The notes below the pieces were generated by a model that saw nothing but the letters and a program-made list of their open reading frames with translations, had not been told where the DNA came from and did not search any database. Positions 1-14,956 of a stretch of DNA of 64,000 nt are shown one piece after another. This DNA comes from Octopus sinensis. Its lineage: Eukaryota. Made by a program: the position numbers and the translations under genes. How positions within the stretch are numbered: position 1 is the stretch's first letter; every line of letters begins with the position of its first letter. Location of the stretch: the NCBI RefSeq assembly GCF_006345805.1, contig NC_043001.1, forward strand, positions 8,494,001 to 8,558,000, given 5' to 3'.

Positions 1-1906
1 ACGTGTTATGCAATTTATGTGATAATCATGAGTTGCTTTTCAAATAAATGTCGGATTTTACAACCCGCTATGCATATTACCAAATTCTTCATTTTGTCGT
101 GAAGTTTGGTCCCGATTTTGGTACTTTATCAGTTGTATTTCATACGTTATGAGGATTAAATTTATAGTTGTCCATTATTTTATACTGCACTACCAAAATC
201 TTCAAAGGAAAACAAGCACAATTTTACAGACAGTAACAAAACAAAAATATTTATAGACGTAGCATGCTACAGATGCCACACGATGTCACTTTGGAAGAAA
301 ACGGTATTGTTAACATTCATATTGATATTGCATCATTAAGAACGGCAATAAAATCGTGTCAATGCATATATAAACAAAGCAAGGAAACGACATCATTTTC
401 TCTTTTGCCCTTGCGTCCAACAGCAACTATATTTTGAGAATAAAATGGGAAATGAAAGTAAAGAATTTGCTTTGCAACACATTGTGAGCAAAATGTTGTG
501 TCTTAACAGTAGTTGTTTAAGCAAATACAAGAGAAAATGTAAGTTACAAATTGATGCTTCACCAACAGCGGTCACAGCTCCCCCATGTAAATTTAGATAC
601 AAATGAAGTATAGCTCTCATTGATATGTTGGGCAATGCCCTCCATAAACATCAACAATAAGTTATAGAACGGTGTGTCTGCTTGTAAGAATTGGTAACAA
701 TGTATTGTGAACAAAGAACAGAGCAATGTGGACAAGTTTGTGGAATAACCAACTGTGGTATATGCTTTAGACTATCAGAAGGATCGAAGGATGTGAAATA
801 CTCTCTAAGGATAGACAGCACTTCACATTGAAAAATAACTGCACTTGTGAATGTGGAAAGGGACCTTATACAAGCAGTTATATGTTCCAATTGTGAAGGA
901 ACTTATTTTAGACAAACTGAAGATTATTTAAGGTAGCACATGTGAATCTGTATAGAACGTAAATTAAAATACGGAGAATATAGACAAAGAGAATTGAGTG
1001 AAGACATAGATGCCTATGCCTTTAACAGAATAAGCAAACTTTACTTGAGAACCATTTAACGATTTCATCACTCAAAAACAACACATCATCAAAACTACAA
1101 CCTTCATAAATTAATGCCAATGACACAGCTGTGACTAAGAAAGGAAAATAGCTGCTGCGAACCCCAGTTATTCGTTGCTGAAATTTTACTACCCCGAGTT
1201 AGACAAACAAATCAACGACTACAATAGCAGCTAGGATTTCTGCAGCTAATACTATCAGCCAGTTCTGCTGTAGCTGCCAATAAGTAATCAGAATGGAAAC
1301 GAAAGACCAGGCGAAAATGATTTTTGTGAACAACATCAGAGAAGTTTGGGAAAATCTGAGATTAATTTGACTTAATTCATTTAGGTTTATTGCTTTTATT
1401 TTAGCAGCAATAGTTTCTCTTTTTACGGCTTTGAAACTGGTAGAATAACTTGATAAAATATATTGAAATACTTTCTCACGTCATAAAGATGACGACTTTT
1501 TCAAATTATGTCTATAAATTTGCACGTGTGAAAACTATTAGTGTGTTGTATGAATACACACGATATTAAAATCTACACTGCACCTAAAGTGAACTCTCAA
1601 AAATTCTGGCTTTGCCATGTTCCAGAGTGTAATCTAATTCATAGATCGTTTCGGTGGAAGACAACTTGAAATCGTCTGCTTTGTTGTTTTTTTTTTTTGG
1701 TTCAATTAATGAGAACACGAAAAAAATCAATCAGAGATGGTGATTGGCTCACGATTAATGAAACCAATATATTGCCGACGTAGCATTTGCCTTTTGGCAG
1801 TACATAGGTTTAGAATAATTGTCTACCAACACACGCATAAACATGAGCACACACACACATACACACAGACACACACCCACGCCACACATGAACAAATACA
1901 TATATG

Positions 1907-1989
<83 letters not shown>

Positions 1990-2137
1990 GTATATATATA
2001 TATGTATATATATATGTATATACATATATATAAATATATATATATACATACATATAAAAAAGTTGAGTTGTGGGGTATCGTACGAGTGGGATTATATATG
2101 TAAAAAGGTTTGAAAATGCAATTTAAACGATGTTTAT

Positions 2138-2182
2138 TTACTTAACCGGTTTCACTCTTTGGTAAAAGATTGTCAAAAGTAA
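2138..2182 (-). ncRNA. Second copy of the U3-A8 hammerhead variant, in the inverted arm of PLE-1
   Basis: Exact reverse complement of 5764-5808. Confidence 0.6.
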
Positions 2183-2811
2183 CATTGAATATTATGGGTT
2201 CAAAAAAAGTTTTTTACATAATTGTCACATTGAATATTATGAATTCAAAAATGTTTTTTTATACATAATTGTCACATTACATGTATAAATATAGTATAAA
2301 AAAGTTCAATAGTGTGATGAGAATATTTGTAAAAATTGGCAGAAAAGAATAAAACAAATATATTATTGGAAATTTGGTTGCGTTAATTATTGGTCGTCGC
2401 AAATTGTCACATTACATGTATATATATACAGTCTTTGGTAGAAAGGACATGTTAAAGACATAAGGAAGTGTAATAGTTTGGTGAGAAAGCTTGTAATATT
2501 GACAGAGAAAATTAAAATGGATATTTTAGACATCTCAGAATATTTTGAATCGAAGGCGAGAATTTGTTTTTTACTGACCTGTTTGTTTCAGCAGAAAAGT
2601 TGAATTGAGAGAAAAAAAGATGTGTACCCAGTTTGGTTTATACTTCCCCTTCAAGCATCAGTGATTTTGGGGTTATTGGGAGGTGAGTATGCGGGTGTGA
2701 ATAGATGTGTCCGTGTGCCTGCTGGTCAGACAGCGTCTGTTTGTCACACACATATATACACACCCACAACAACAACAACACACACACACATAGTATACAA
2801 ACACACACATT

Positions 2812-3720
2812 AAAAAAGGCGTCAACATTGAAACTGACATCCATTACAAACCCACTGACTCTAAACAATACCTTCTATTCACTTCCAATCACTCAAAACA
2901 CACAAAGACAAATATCCCCTTCAACCTAGCGAGAAGAATCTGCACTATTGTCTCAAATGACACAACACGAAATAGAAGACTCCGGGAACTAAGGGCAATT
3001 CTTCTCGAAAGACATTACCCGGCATCACTAGTAGACAACGGAATAGAACGGGCCAAATCAATCAACATTCAAGACCTACGAAAACCCAAACACATCCACA
3101 GTACAGTAGATAGCCTCCCCTATCTCTCAACACACAACCCAAGGAATGCAGAAGCTTACACTATTATATACAACAACATTCCACAACTAAATCAAGACCC
3201 ACACCTGAAAAAAATACTGGCAGCTCATAAAATAATAAAAAGTAAGAGACAACCTAAATCCCTAAAAAACCTCCTCACCAACGCAAAATTACACAACACT
3301 AACCCACCGCCCACCATCAAAAAATGTGGTCGCCCCAACTGCAAGACCTGCATCCACCTCATTGAGGGATCGTCGTACAAGTTCCACTCGGGACACACAT
3401 TCATCATAAAAAATAATTTCACGTGCGCATCAAAAAATTTACTCTACGTCATAAGGTGTGAAGGATGCCACGAAGACTACATAGGGCAAACGAGCCTTAC
3501 CCTCAGAGAAAGAATGACAGTTCACCGACAACAACTGAGGGACCCCTCCACAAGACAGATAACACTAAGTGGACACTTAGACCTTTGTGCACACAATAAG
3601 TCCCCCAAATTCTTAGTCTTCCCACTATACCAATGCTCGGACAACACCACAGACCAAACACGAATAAATAAGGAAAGTAATCTTATTCAAAAATACAGAC
3701 CACAACTAAACATACTCTGA
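2812..3720 (+). CDS. PLE polyprotein C-terminal fragment (RT thumb, Cys linker, GIY-YIG endonuclease), 302 aa open, no start
   Basis: Hand translation is stop-free: ETDIHYKPTDSKQYLLFTSNHSKHTKTNIPFNLARRIC...KCGRPNCKTCIHL...FTCASKNLLYVIRCEGCHEDYIGQTSLTLRERMTVHRQQ...KESNLIQKYRPQLNIL*. The ORF track shows only the last 68 aa (from the Met at 3514). Confidence 0.92.
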   Translation, partial: KKGVNIETDIHYKPTDSKQYLLFTSNHSKHTKTNIPFNLARRICTIVSNDTTRNRRLRELRAILLERHYPASLVDNGIERAKSINIQDLRKPKHIHSTVDSLPYLSTHNPRNAEAYTIIYNNIPQLNQDPHLKKILAAHKIIKSKRQPKSLKNLLTNAKLHNTNPPPTIKKCGRPNCKTCIHLIEGSSYKFHSGHTFIIKNNFTCASKNLLYVIRCEGCHEDYIGQTSLTLRERMTVHRQQLRDPSTRQITLSGHLDLCAHNKSPKFLVFPLYQCSDNTTDQTRINKESNLIQKYRPQLNIL

Positions 3721-3859
3721 CATGCCCCCTGGACACACATCCAGAGCAAGCACACAGGGACACGCGCACACTCACAGCATATCGTGCGGGCGGTCACATG
3801 CGCGCATCGGCACGCATAGGACACACTAGCGGGCATTGACCGCACACATACGTGGCACG

Positions 3860-4127
3860 CACACGCATGCATTATATATATGTAGGTTATGTATGTGTGT
3901 GTGTGTGTGAGAGTGTGCACGTTGTGTGTGTGTGTGCCCGTGTGTATATATATATGTGTGTGTGTGTGCACTGTATGCGTGTGTGTGTATGTGTGTGTGC
4001 GCGCGTTGTGTGTGTGTGCACGTGTATATATATGTGTGTGTGTGTGTGCACTGCGTGCGTGTGTGTGTGTATGTGTGTGTGTGTGTGTGAGCATTGTGTA
4101 CGTGTGTATGTATTTACATGTGGATTT

Positions 4128-4171
<44 letters not shown>

Positions 4172-5016
4172 TGTGTGTGTATATGCACGGTATGTGTGTA
4201 TATGTGAGTACATTGTTTGTGCGTGTGTGCGGTATGTAGAGATATATTTGAGTGTGTACGCTATAGGTTTGTATTTTGTGTGTGTGGGTATGTGTGTGAA
4301 TTTTATATATATATGTGTGTGTATGTGTGTGAAAAAATATATATATATGTGCATGTATGTATGTATGTATATGTATATATATATATATATATGTATATAT
4401 ATGTGTGTGTGTGTGTATGTGTGTGTGTATATATATTTGCATGTATATGTGTGTATAAACAGGTGCATTATTTGCATGCGCATTGTGTATATGTATATTG
4501 TATGTATGTGTATTGTATATGTATGTGTACAATTAAGTGTATATATGTGTGTGTATGTGTGCATTGTATATATGTATATTGTAGGTGTGCTATATATACA
4601 TGAATACATGTATATGCGTTGCGTGTATATATATGTAAGCATTGTATATGTATGTTATGTGTGTGTGTGTCTATATATATTATATGTATGCGTACGTGTA
4701 TGTGTATGCATTGTATGTATGTATATTGTGTGTATATGTGGTATATCTATGTATGTGTATGTAAACACTATTTATATGTATATATGTATATATGTATATG
4801 CATTGTCTATATATATATATTATATGTATGTATTGCGTATGTATATTGCATGCATATATTGTGTATGTGTATTATATACATGCTGTGTATGTGTATTGTA
4901 TGTGTATATATATGCCAGGTGTATTTGTGTGATATTTATATTATGTATATATGTGTGCCTGTGTTGTGTGTGTGTGTTAGTGTGTGTGTGTGTATGTGTG
5001 TGTGTGTGTATGTGTG

Positions 5017-5047
<31 letters not shown>

Positions 5048-5195
5048 ATGTGTGTGTGTGTCTATATATATTATATATGTGGGTGCGTTGTGTGTGTGTG
5101 AGTGTTCTGTGTGTGTGTGTGTGTGTTGTGTGTATGTGGTGTGTGTTTGTATACTATGTGTGTGTGTTTTGTTGTTGTTGTGGGTGTGTATATAT
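3860..5195. repeat. Degenerate (TG)n/(TA)n low-complexity tract inside PLE-1 3' UTR
   Basis: Mixed gt/at dinucleotide repeats. This tract produces the spurious 281 aa and 485 aa ORFs. Confidence 0.9.
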
Positions 5196-5763
5196 GTGTG
5201 TGACAAACAGACGCTGTCTGACCAGCAGGCACACGGACACATCTATTCACACCCGCATACTCACCTCCCAATAACCCCAAAATCACTGATGCTTGAAGGG
5301 GAAGTATAAACCAAACTGGGTACACATCTTTTTTTCTCTCAATTCAACTTTTCTGCTGAAACAAACAGGTCAGTAAAAAACAAATTCTCGCCTTCGATTC
5401 AAAATATTCTGAGATGTCTAAAATATCCATTTTAATTTTCTCTGTCAATATTACAAGCTTTCTCACCAAACTATTACACTTCCTTACGTCTTTAACATGT
5501 CCTTTCCACCAAAGACTGTATATATATACATGTAATGTGACAATTTGCGACAACCAATAATTAACGCAACCAAATTTCCAATAATATATTTGTTTTATTC
5601 TTTTCTGCCAATTTTTACAAATATTCTCATCACACTATTGAACTTTTTTATACTATATTTATACATGTAATGTGACAATTATGTATAAAAAAACATTTTT
5701 CAATTCATAATATTCAATGTGACAATTATGTAAAAAACTTTTTTTAACCCATAATATTCAATG

Positions 5764-5808
5764 TTACTTTTGACAATCTTTTACCAAAGAGTGAAACCGG
5801 TTAAGTAA
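5764..5808 (+). ncRNA. Variant type I hammerhead ribozyme (U3-A8 core) in PLE-1 terminal repeat
   Basis: TTACTT-TTGACAA-TCTTT tacc AAAGA-gt-GAA-ACCGGT-T-AAGTAA. Stem I is 6 bp perfect, stem II 5 bp, stem III is the palindrome ACCGGT, and the putative site is GUU. Confidence 0.6.
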
Positions 5809-5927
5809 ATAAACATCGTTTAAATTGCATTTTCAAACCTTTTTTCATATATACATACATATATATATATATATATACATACATGCATACATACATACAT
5901 ACATACATACATACATACATACATACC

Positions 5928-6008
<81 letters not shown>

Positions 6009-6597
6009 GAGTATTGAAACTACATACTACCGTGTAAATACTTCGTGAAATTCAATAACCAGGCTACGAATGATGTGGGTAAAACACTGTTTATTGCATA
6101 GAGAAGCAATAGTGAATATTTACATGGAAATTTCATGCTAAAATCTAAATGGTTTCGTAGATAAAATTGTTATGAGAATCCAGATTTAACAGTGCAATAT
6201 AAGAGCCATAAATTACTAGCAAATATAAATAATATACACGTGAGTGAATGTGCGTGGATATGTATGTACAAATGTATTATGCATGCGTGGAAATTTCTTT
6301 AGGATGTAGCTATTTACTTTGCAAAATTGAAGGTGGTAATCATTTACATCCGTCTATTAGTTTGATCAGGCATTCTACCCGAGGTTAGCCGAATAAAGTT
6401 GTGTGTAAATGTGTCTGAATTCGTAGGTTCACATAATAGATAGATAGATAGATAGATAAACACGCGGATACACTGGCAGATATACACACAGGTTGGTAGG
6501 TATTAGGTAGATAAATGGGTAGATAAAGAGAAAGAGAAAGAGAAAGAGAGAGAGACAGGCAGACATATGGACAGACTGACAGACAGGGATGCATCTA

Positions 6598-6638
6598 TGT
6601 AGATAGTTAGATAGATAGATAGATAGATAGATAGATAT

Positions 6639-6669
<31 letters not shown>

Positions 6670-6670
6670 T

Positions 6671-6703
<33 letters not shown>

Positions 6704-6752
6704 CAGATATGTTGATTTATATATATATATATAGATATATATATATATATAT

Positions 6753-6826
<74 letters not shown>
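6598..6826. repeat. (GATA)n/(TA)n microsatellite
   Basis: Direct reading. Confidence 0.95.
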
Positions 6827-6828
<2 letters not shown>

Positions 6829-9800
6829 ATCGAGAAGAAGAGAGAGAGACAGGCAGCAATACACACAGAGAGATAAACAGAGACAGAAACGTAAACTATA
6901 GGAAGCCTATGTTGAGACGAAACCTACACGTTGTGCTAAGTGTATTTCTGTTTTGACACAAAATGTACAATTCAGCACAATGCATAGTATAAAATTCATT
7001 AACCCACTGAAACCGTTGATTTCCATAACTGACGCCATTATCATGAATAAATGCCCAACAATAGAATTTGTTTCGCCTTGCGAAAATATATATGGACAGA
7101 CATGATATTTGCCACTTTAAACATTCTCATTCTTCATTGTTACCGTAAATTTTATTGCCATTTCGTTTGTGCGTTTTTGTTGTGAGCCATATTTCTCTCA
7201 AATTCCACCTTTTGTTTTATGAAAAGAATGAACATACAAAATTCAAATGTATGACACGAGGGCAGCATTCCAAGGAAGGAGTAAGTTGGTTATATCGATC
7301 CCAACGTGCAACTCGTACTTATTTTGTCGAGCGCAAAACAATAAAATGTAAGGTCGACTTCGGTGACATTTGAAACCAGAACGTTAAGACAAAAGAAATG
7401 CTTGGATGCATTTTGCGCGGGCGAGCTACCTATTCTGACAACTTGTTGCCTTACAAACACCAATGGACATATTGGCACTTGTGTTTGTTATAAATCTGGA
7501 TGATCCATTACGCGGAAGACAAACAATAATGACACATACAGCAATAATATAATAACAAAACAAGAGCATATGTTTCTGGATGCGTGGAAACATAACCTAC
7601 ATTGAAACCGTAGTTGGATTGCAATATTGTTTAATATAGCTATGTTGCTGTCGATCTGCTTAAATTAGTATTTACCTGGAGGTGGTTCTGTTTTAACTGC
7701 AAATACTTCCGAATGCAATTTCTAAAATATACAGACGCTTGTATCATCACATCTTTTGTTGTTTGCTTGTATCATTTATTATAGATGTGCTCGGAACATA
7801 TGTCGTCTACTTAGGTATTTAATTTTCGATTTAAATATTTGTGTACTGAATATATATTTGTTTAGGCATAAATCTTAAGTATTTTTACTGGTACAAATGT
7901 ATAACGGTAGCTGAAATATACCTTGTAGGAAAGTCTCTCAAGTTTCTTTAGAGTTATTACCATGCATGTTTGTAATTCCATATTATATGGTACGATATAA
8001 TATTTCATTCAGTAATAGCAAAGAGTTTTTCAAGAGCGACTTCCTTTACATCCAGATTGAATAATTAGTTTCTTTACTAGCATTTGCATGGATTTTTGAG
8101 TGTCGTCTCGTAAACTATTCAAGAATTGCTTCTGGTTTGTAAGCACAAAGTGTACCGCTTCATTGTAATTCTGCGAAAATGTGTTTTTTCACGTAGAACA
8201 CCAGCTGCGTCGTTATAATTTCATAAAGTAGCGAAACAATTTTCCGTTGAAATATTTCATCTCTATTTTCTCGGTGCATGTTATGCTGCAGGTTTTCACT
8301 TACTATGATGCGTGCAACTAACTGTGCAAATGTCTCTATAATACTTTAATGTGACTGTTTGACCTTTCATCTCTAATGTTTTTCTTATTTTTTATTTTTT
8401 ATTTTTTTCCCATTTTCTTTCCTTTTTGACTTTCCCTTCGTCAGTGATTCTCAGCATTTATTTTTCTTTTGCAAGTCACGCACTTCAAACATTTATATTC
8501 CAGCGTCCGTGTTGTTTTAGTAGATACGTTTTTTTTTTAAAGATCTTATTCACAATCGGTGTTCCTTTCTAAATATATTTCTATATAAATATTCATGAGT
8601 AAACGCTCCCTGAATTACTATTTGCAATAGCTTAGGATCATTTTCCCTTCTATTTCAGTGTTTACAGTAACAATCTCATATTCTCAGTATTTACCATTAC
8701 AGATTCATCATGTGTGTTTGATCTCTCACCTATTTTCTCTACTTATTCAATTAAGTAAGGTTGTGTGCTGTTTCCAAATAACATTATTCATCTACTCTAC
8801 ATCAGTGTTATTATTTAGTGATCCTTGTTCGACTACAGGCGGAAACCTGGAGCACAATTTCTGTATCCTTTTCCGTGAAACAATGCTATATATGTTGTTC
8901 ATTTTCCGGGAAACTTTTAATCACTCTATACATTTATCTTCACTTATATTTGTGCAATGAAAAACTATTCTGTTTCTAGATATCCTGTACCAATTTCGAT
9001 TTATATTTAGACTTTTTACGTTCCTTATAATATAAGTTGTTATGCAATTCGTATTATGTGTTCCAGCAGTCGTTACGTGCATGTGATATCTGCCCTCTTC
9101 AGCAAACAAACTGCTCGTCATTTACTCGAAAATTATAAGGTCTGTAATAATATTTATCATTTCTCTCAACAATTTATATTTTTTTTATGTTTAAAGGTAT
9201 ATTTATTTCTTTAAACCTAATAATACGTTGGGAAGTTTGTCCGATTAAAAATTAAAGGGATTTCGTAACATTTACGATAGCAACGACCTTTCCTTCGCAA
9301 CACGCAGTCGAAATGAGAGCTGTATTTGGCCGAGGGCTCCTCATGTACAATATGATTCCAATTATATACCCAAGCTGAATCACTAAAGCATCTTCTAAAC
9401 TCACACCACTGCATAGCAACCGGTACTACTGTGTTTATGTCCACGTATCCTAGCGGTTCGACAAAAGCATGTACCGGAGTCTATTTTTATTTTAAGCTCA
9501 AGACGGTGCTCCATCATGGACACATTCGAATGAGTGAAGAGAGGTAAAAAATAAAGTATATTTGCGCATGTGCCAATGCTTGTATGTATACGTATGTATG
9601 TGATTATTCATCTTTTTACATAGACGCCATAATTCTCTTTAGTTTTCTTTACGACTCTACGTCGCGTCAAAATCTTTTCTATTTAGGTTTATTGCGAGTT
9701 TTCATTTTCTGGCTGATACATGTTATACATTTTTATGTGTCCTTATATGTTATAGTTGTAAATTAAAATGTAATATATGAGAGAATCACTTTTGCGTTTT

Positions 9801-10380
9801 TCGTGAATTTGGTTTGAGGCATGCAATAGTTCTTTTCTTCTCAGGTTTGTACTTTAAAGATAAGCAAATTTGCATGCGCCTTGGTAGCATATATAAAAAA
9901 TTGGCTACGAGGAAAGTGTGATGATTTTAGTTAAAATACGGAAGCCTGTGCAATTTATCAAGAAAACAGGAAAAGAATCACCGGCCTTGCGCAATTTAGC
10001 ACGAGATGCACTCGGTGTTAAAAGTACGAGAGAAAGGGAGGATAAGAAAGATGAATTGTGTAAGAGAGAATGTGGAGTAAATAGGAAAGACAGAGCGAAG
10101 TGAGAGAAATGGGTTTTTTTTTATATAATTGAGAGTATGTTTGTGTATGCGTGTGTGCTCAAGAAAGAGAAAGAGAGAGAGATGGAAGGTGAATCAGAGA
10201 CAGATAGACGATCAGTGGTACGCTAAATGTAAATAGGACGATAAGAGGAAACGACAAATGAGAACCAAATATTCGAAAATAAAGGGAAACAGCCAGACAA
10301 GATGTGAGAGCAGAATATAAGGAAGGCTGGAAAGGGAATTAAACACATTCTGTTTGACAAACCAAAAAAAAAAAAAAAAA

Positions 10381-10468
<88 letters not shown>

Positions 10469-10474
10469 TTAATA

Positions 10475-10512
<38 letters not shown>

Positions 10513-10627
10513 TTAATAATAATGATAATAATATTATTAATAATAATAATAATATTAATATAATAATAATAATAATAATAATATAATATAATAATATTAA
10601 TAATAATATAATAATAATAATAATAAT

Positions 10628-10664
<37 letters not shown>

Positions 10665-10705
10665 TTAATAATAATGATAATAATATTAATAATAATAATA
10701 ATAAT

Positions 10706-10775
<70 letters not shown>

Positions 10776-10933
10776 TAATAATATAATAATATAATAATAA
10801 TAATAATAATATTAATAATAATAATAATAATATAATAATAATATTAATAATAATAATATAATAATAATAATAATATAATATAATAATATTAATAATATAA
10901 TATAATAATATTAATATAATAATAATAATATTA

Positions 10934-10968
<35 letters not shown>

Positions 10969-10998
10969 TTAATAATAAATAATATTAATAATAATAAT

Positions 10999-11035
<37 letters not shown>

Positions 11036-11107
11036 TTAATAATAATGATAATAATATTAATAATAATAATATAATATTAATAATATAATAATAATAATAA
11101 TAATAAT

Positions 11108-11170
<63 letters not shown>

Positions 11171-11339
11171 TTAATATAATAATAATAATAATAATAATAA
11201 TTATAATATTAATAATAATGATAATAATATTAATAATAATAATAATAATATTAATAATAATAATAATAATATTAATAATAATGATAATAATATTAATAAT
11301 AATAATAATAATATTAATAATAATAATAATAATAATATA
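10381..11339. repeat. ~960 bp (AAT)n microsatellite with recurrent ATT interruptions
   Basis: Direct reading. Confidence 0.97.
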
Positions 11340-14197
11340 ATATGTCTTTTGACTCCAGCGGTCCTTCTGAACTAACATATTTCCCTTTTTTAAAATGTTT
11401 GTGTCACTGCTGCTTCATAATATTCTGTGTCCATGAACCTGTTTTTGTGCGGTTGATATATCAATAAGGGAAGCCTATTGGCTTTGTGCCAAATAGGGCA
11501 TTTCTTCATTGAAAAATGGCGACAAGGTTTGAAGAACAAAAAAATCAACACCCTCTAAATTATAAATATTTCTGCATGTGTGTGTGTCAGTGTGCATGTG
11601 TGTGTTTGTGTGATTGTAAGAACTTTTTTTTTATATTTGAATACCCAATATATAATATAGTCACACGCATATTCCCATTTACATGTGCTAAGTGATGGAT
11701 ATATCAGCAGGTTCTTTACTTCACACGGTTTACATGGTTCTAATTAAGCCCAATTTGATAGAATATCTGATTAAAATTGCTAATAATTTTTCGCTTCACA
11801 TAAATATTTAGTGAATCAGCAGAAATTCTGTCTTTGCAAAATGCATCAACATACTGCCCTATAAGTTTAATTACCTTCATTATGCTGCATTCTCACGTGC
11901 TTCCCCGTGACATTCTATGCAGTTTTGTCACGAAATATTTTCTTGATTTAATTCCAAGCTATTCATCGCATTCCAATTTATAACTTTATGAAAACTTTCA
12001 ATATCTGAATTTCTGCTAATGGACTAAATAAATGTTTATATCAGATAAGAGTGTAATTTTATCATTTTGTTATTTAAGTTAACTCTTTATGTATAAAGAT
12101 GCCTATTTATCGTAGATTCTTAAACTGATGTTTTATATTAATATCGAGTAATTTCTGCCGTTCTCTTCGTAAAGTAATGTTCACTGAAAAATCAGTGACT
12201 GCATTATGAGATATACCATAACTAATTTGAGATATGTTCCCATAACGTTCTCATAGTGTACAAAGTTTCCACACGGCCAATATAATTAAGAAATCACATC
12301 ACATTCTATCATCCGGAAATTTTGCTGAAAATATCTGAATAGATCGTGTGAAAGGTTATTTTTCGTTTATAGTTTCTTGAAAATGTTCTCTTGTAATAAG
12401 TTTGATTATAGTTGAATGTGAAGATAAATATTTTAATCTCCGGTTTTCTAAGCAGCTAGAATAATTATTCCTTGAATTACTTGTCACAAGATTTATACGG
12501 CAAGATATAATTTATTCTCGTATAAAGCTATGTATTATAGATTATATCTCACCATTGTAACTATGCGACTCGTTATTAATATACTTACACTCATTAAATG
12601 ACTGAAAAATGTACAAAATCATCAAGTAAAAGCGAAGTAGAAATATATATCCATATCATTATTTAAAACATTGTTCGTGTATCAATAGACTAAGAATATG
12701 TACTTGACATTTTCTCTGAATAGTTTAAAAACACATAAATATGACTTAAGTACTTTATAGTTTTCTTCATATCAAAATAACTGAGAAAACCTACATTTTG
12801 TTTTTACATAAGACTTTGCTATATGTACTTACTAAAAAACCTGCATCTAAAAATATGTTTCTAATAAAGAATATGTGTAGACCTCATTTGGGAACGTATT
12901 ACTGCGATGCACAATATGTTTAAGGGCAGAGTAAACACATTTGAACAAAGCTTGCATGAAATCCGTTTTCTTATTTCTGTATATGTCACTTTTTCCAGAC
13001 ATAGCTGTAATGTTCTTAAATTACATACCCACGAGAGAATGGGATCTACTGAATCGATGGACGTTTAACACTATATATCGTGGTGGAAGTTTATTTCATT
13101 CCAATATTATTAAAAGAAATGGATGTGTTTTTTTTATGGTATTGCTAAAGTATTGAATGAAAGAACGCGAAGAGATTGTATCTCTGTAGATATCGATAGT
13201 AGAAAAACTGTTTACAGTATAATTATGAATAACCGCTTATTAAATGTATATGAAGCTATGATGGGTGTTAATGCGGTTTAATTCAGTATCGTGACTCATA
13301 AGTTCTGGCAGTGATCCAAAACAGACACAATGGTTTGTATAGTTCAACGTTAAGATGTTTATTGATAATGAAAGGCAGAACTAACAGAGAAAAATCATTT
13401 AACTGTCTCTTCAGTTTTCACCTTCTCGCAATATCTGTAATTCTAAAAATCCGACTGCTTACAGTATGTTTATTCTGTTATTTATGCATATATTATAGCC
13501 TTTTCTATATTTACAAAAGTCAAGGGTAGAGCCTCGACTGAATCCTTATAATGCCGAACAAAACCTCAAGGTGTGAGGCTCGTTCTCCTTCTTTTCGTTC
13601 TGATTTCCAATCTCTTTTAGGTTAAGTTTGACATACATCACTTCGGGGCCAAAGAATTTTAAGATCTTTTCGCATTAACGATGACCTGCGTCTGGCAGCA
13701 TCACATGATGGGATGATTCTGTATGACGAATGCCACACCAGCCCTGGCTCCAACGGCAACTTAAATGAAGGATTCCAACATACAATTTTATTTCATTAAT
13801 ATTAGTAACACCATATTATATTTCATATAGTTATGCATAAACTGCCATTCAGATATAGGCACACACTCTATCACATATAATGAAGTGACTATAGAATTAC
13901 AATATTTAATACTAATTATACCAATTAATTCAGTAATGTACTTTTGCATGTTACACAACTCTAACCTTATAGAATACGCGAATTGCTATTAAATGAAAGA
14001 TTGCCAGATATACTTAAATGTTACGTATCCCTTGAAAGTCTACATGTGTGAGCGTACATACACCTCAGTAAAATTTTATGATCAATATTCAACCAGTGGG
14101 GATCAAGGATAATCCCATTTCATGGCAATAGAGCTGGAAATCTGTATTTTGCTTTTAGCGAGGGAATTAACACGCAATTACTAAAGGTTTTATACAT

Positions 14198-14241
<44 letters not shown>

Positions 14242-14384
14242 TATATATATGTGTGTGCGTGTGTGTGTTGTGTGTGTGTGTGTGTGTGTCAGTGTGTGTG
14301 TGTGTGTGTGTGTGTGTGGCATAAGTAGATATAAATATAAACACAGATATATATATATATACATACATAGATATACACACAGAA

Positions 14385-14437
<53 letters not shown>

Positions 14438-14494
14438 TAGATAGATAGATAGATAGATGGATAGATAGATAGATAGATAGATAGACAGATAGAC

Positions 14495-14538
<44 letters not shown>

Positions 14539-14956
14539 TGATAGATAGATAGATAGATAGATAGATGGATGGATAGATAGATATGTTTCTTTATAAGCCA
14601 CACAGGGCTGCACACAGATAGAACAAATTACAAGGTAGAGCTTTTCTTTTGAAGGTTTAAAAAAAAAAAAGGAAAGGGGGGAGTTTCGATCAAAAGGGAT
14701 CGTAAAAGGAGAGAAAGAGGACAAAAAGGGGGGGTTAAAAAAAAGGGGGGAGGAGAAAAAAATTGATCAATAGGGATCGTTATCACAGAAATGTCAATAT
14801 GAAGTGTAAAGGGGAGGACAGGTGAGGTTTACCCGTGGAAAGAAAAGCCTACGGAAAAGACCACGGTAACCTCGGTCAATGAAGTCACATTTTATATTTC
14901 TTTTTTTTTTTTTTTTTTTTTGCAAATAAGCAAATCTCTGTTTTCAATTTCTGGGT

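Larger units (their letters stand above)
2093..5853 (+). mobile_element. Penelope-like retroelement (PLE-1): 5'-truncated body preceded by an inverted copy of its 3' terminal repeat
   Basis: 2093-2809 is the reverse complement of 5140-5853 with only a few differences. The spacer holds an RT-thumb/GIY-YIG ORF followed by a (TG/TA)-rich 3' UTR. An inverted pseudo-LTR ahead of a truncated body is the known PLE insertion form. Confidence 0.88.

Noticed and set aside
440-910. Cys-rich reading frames on the plus strand (e.g. EQCGQVCGITNCGIC, NNCTCECG)
   Set aside because: They are interrupted by stops in every frame and match no motif I recognise. Possibly an old transposon relic, but unsupported.
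3687-5309. Long ORFs of 281 aa and 485 aa, and the many [16 protein letters not shown] ORFs elsewhere in the track
   Set aside because: These are translations of (TA)n, (TG)n, (GATA)n and (AAT)n microsatellites, which lack stop codons by construction.
5283-5375. CTGATGC...GAAAC...GTC in PLE-1 repeat as a second hammerhead
   Set aside because: There is no stem I complementarity after GTC and the core is non-canonical.
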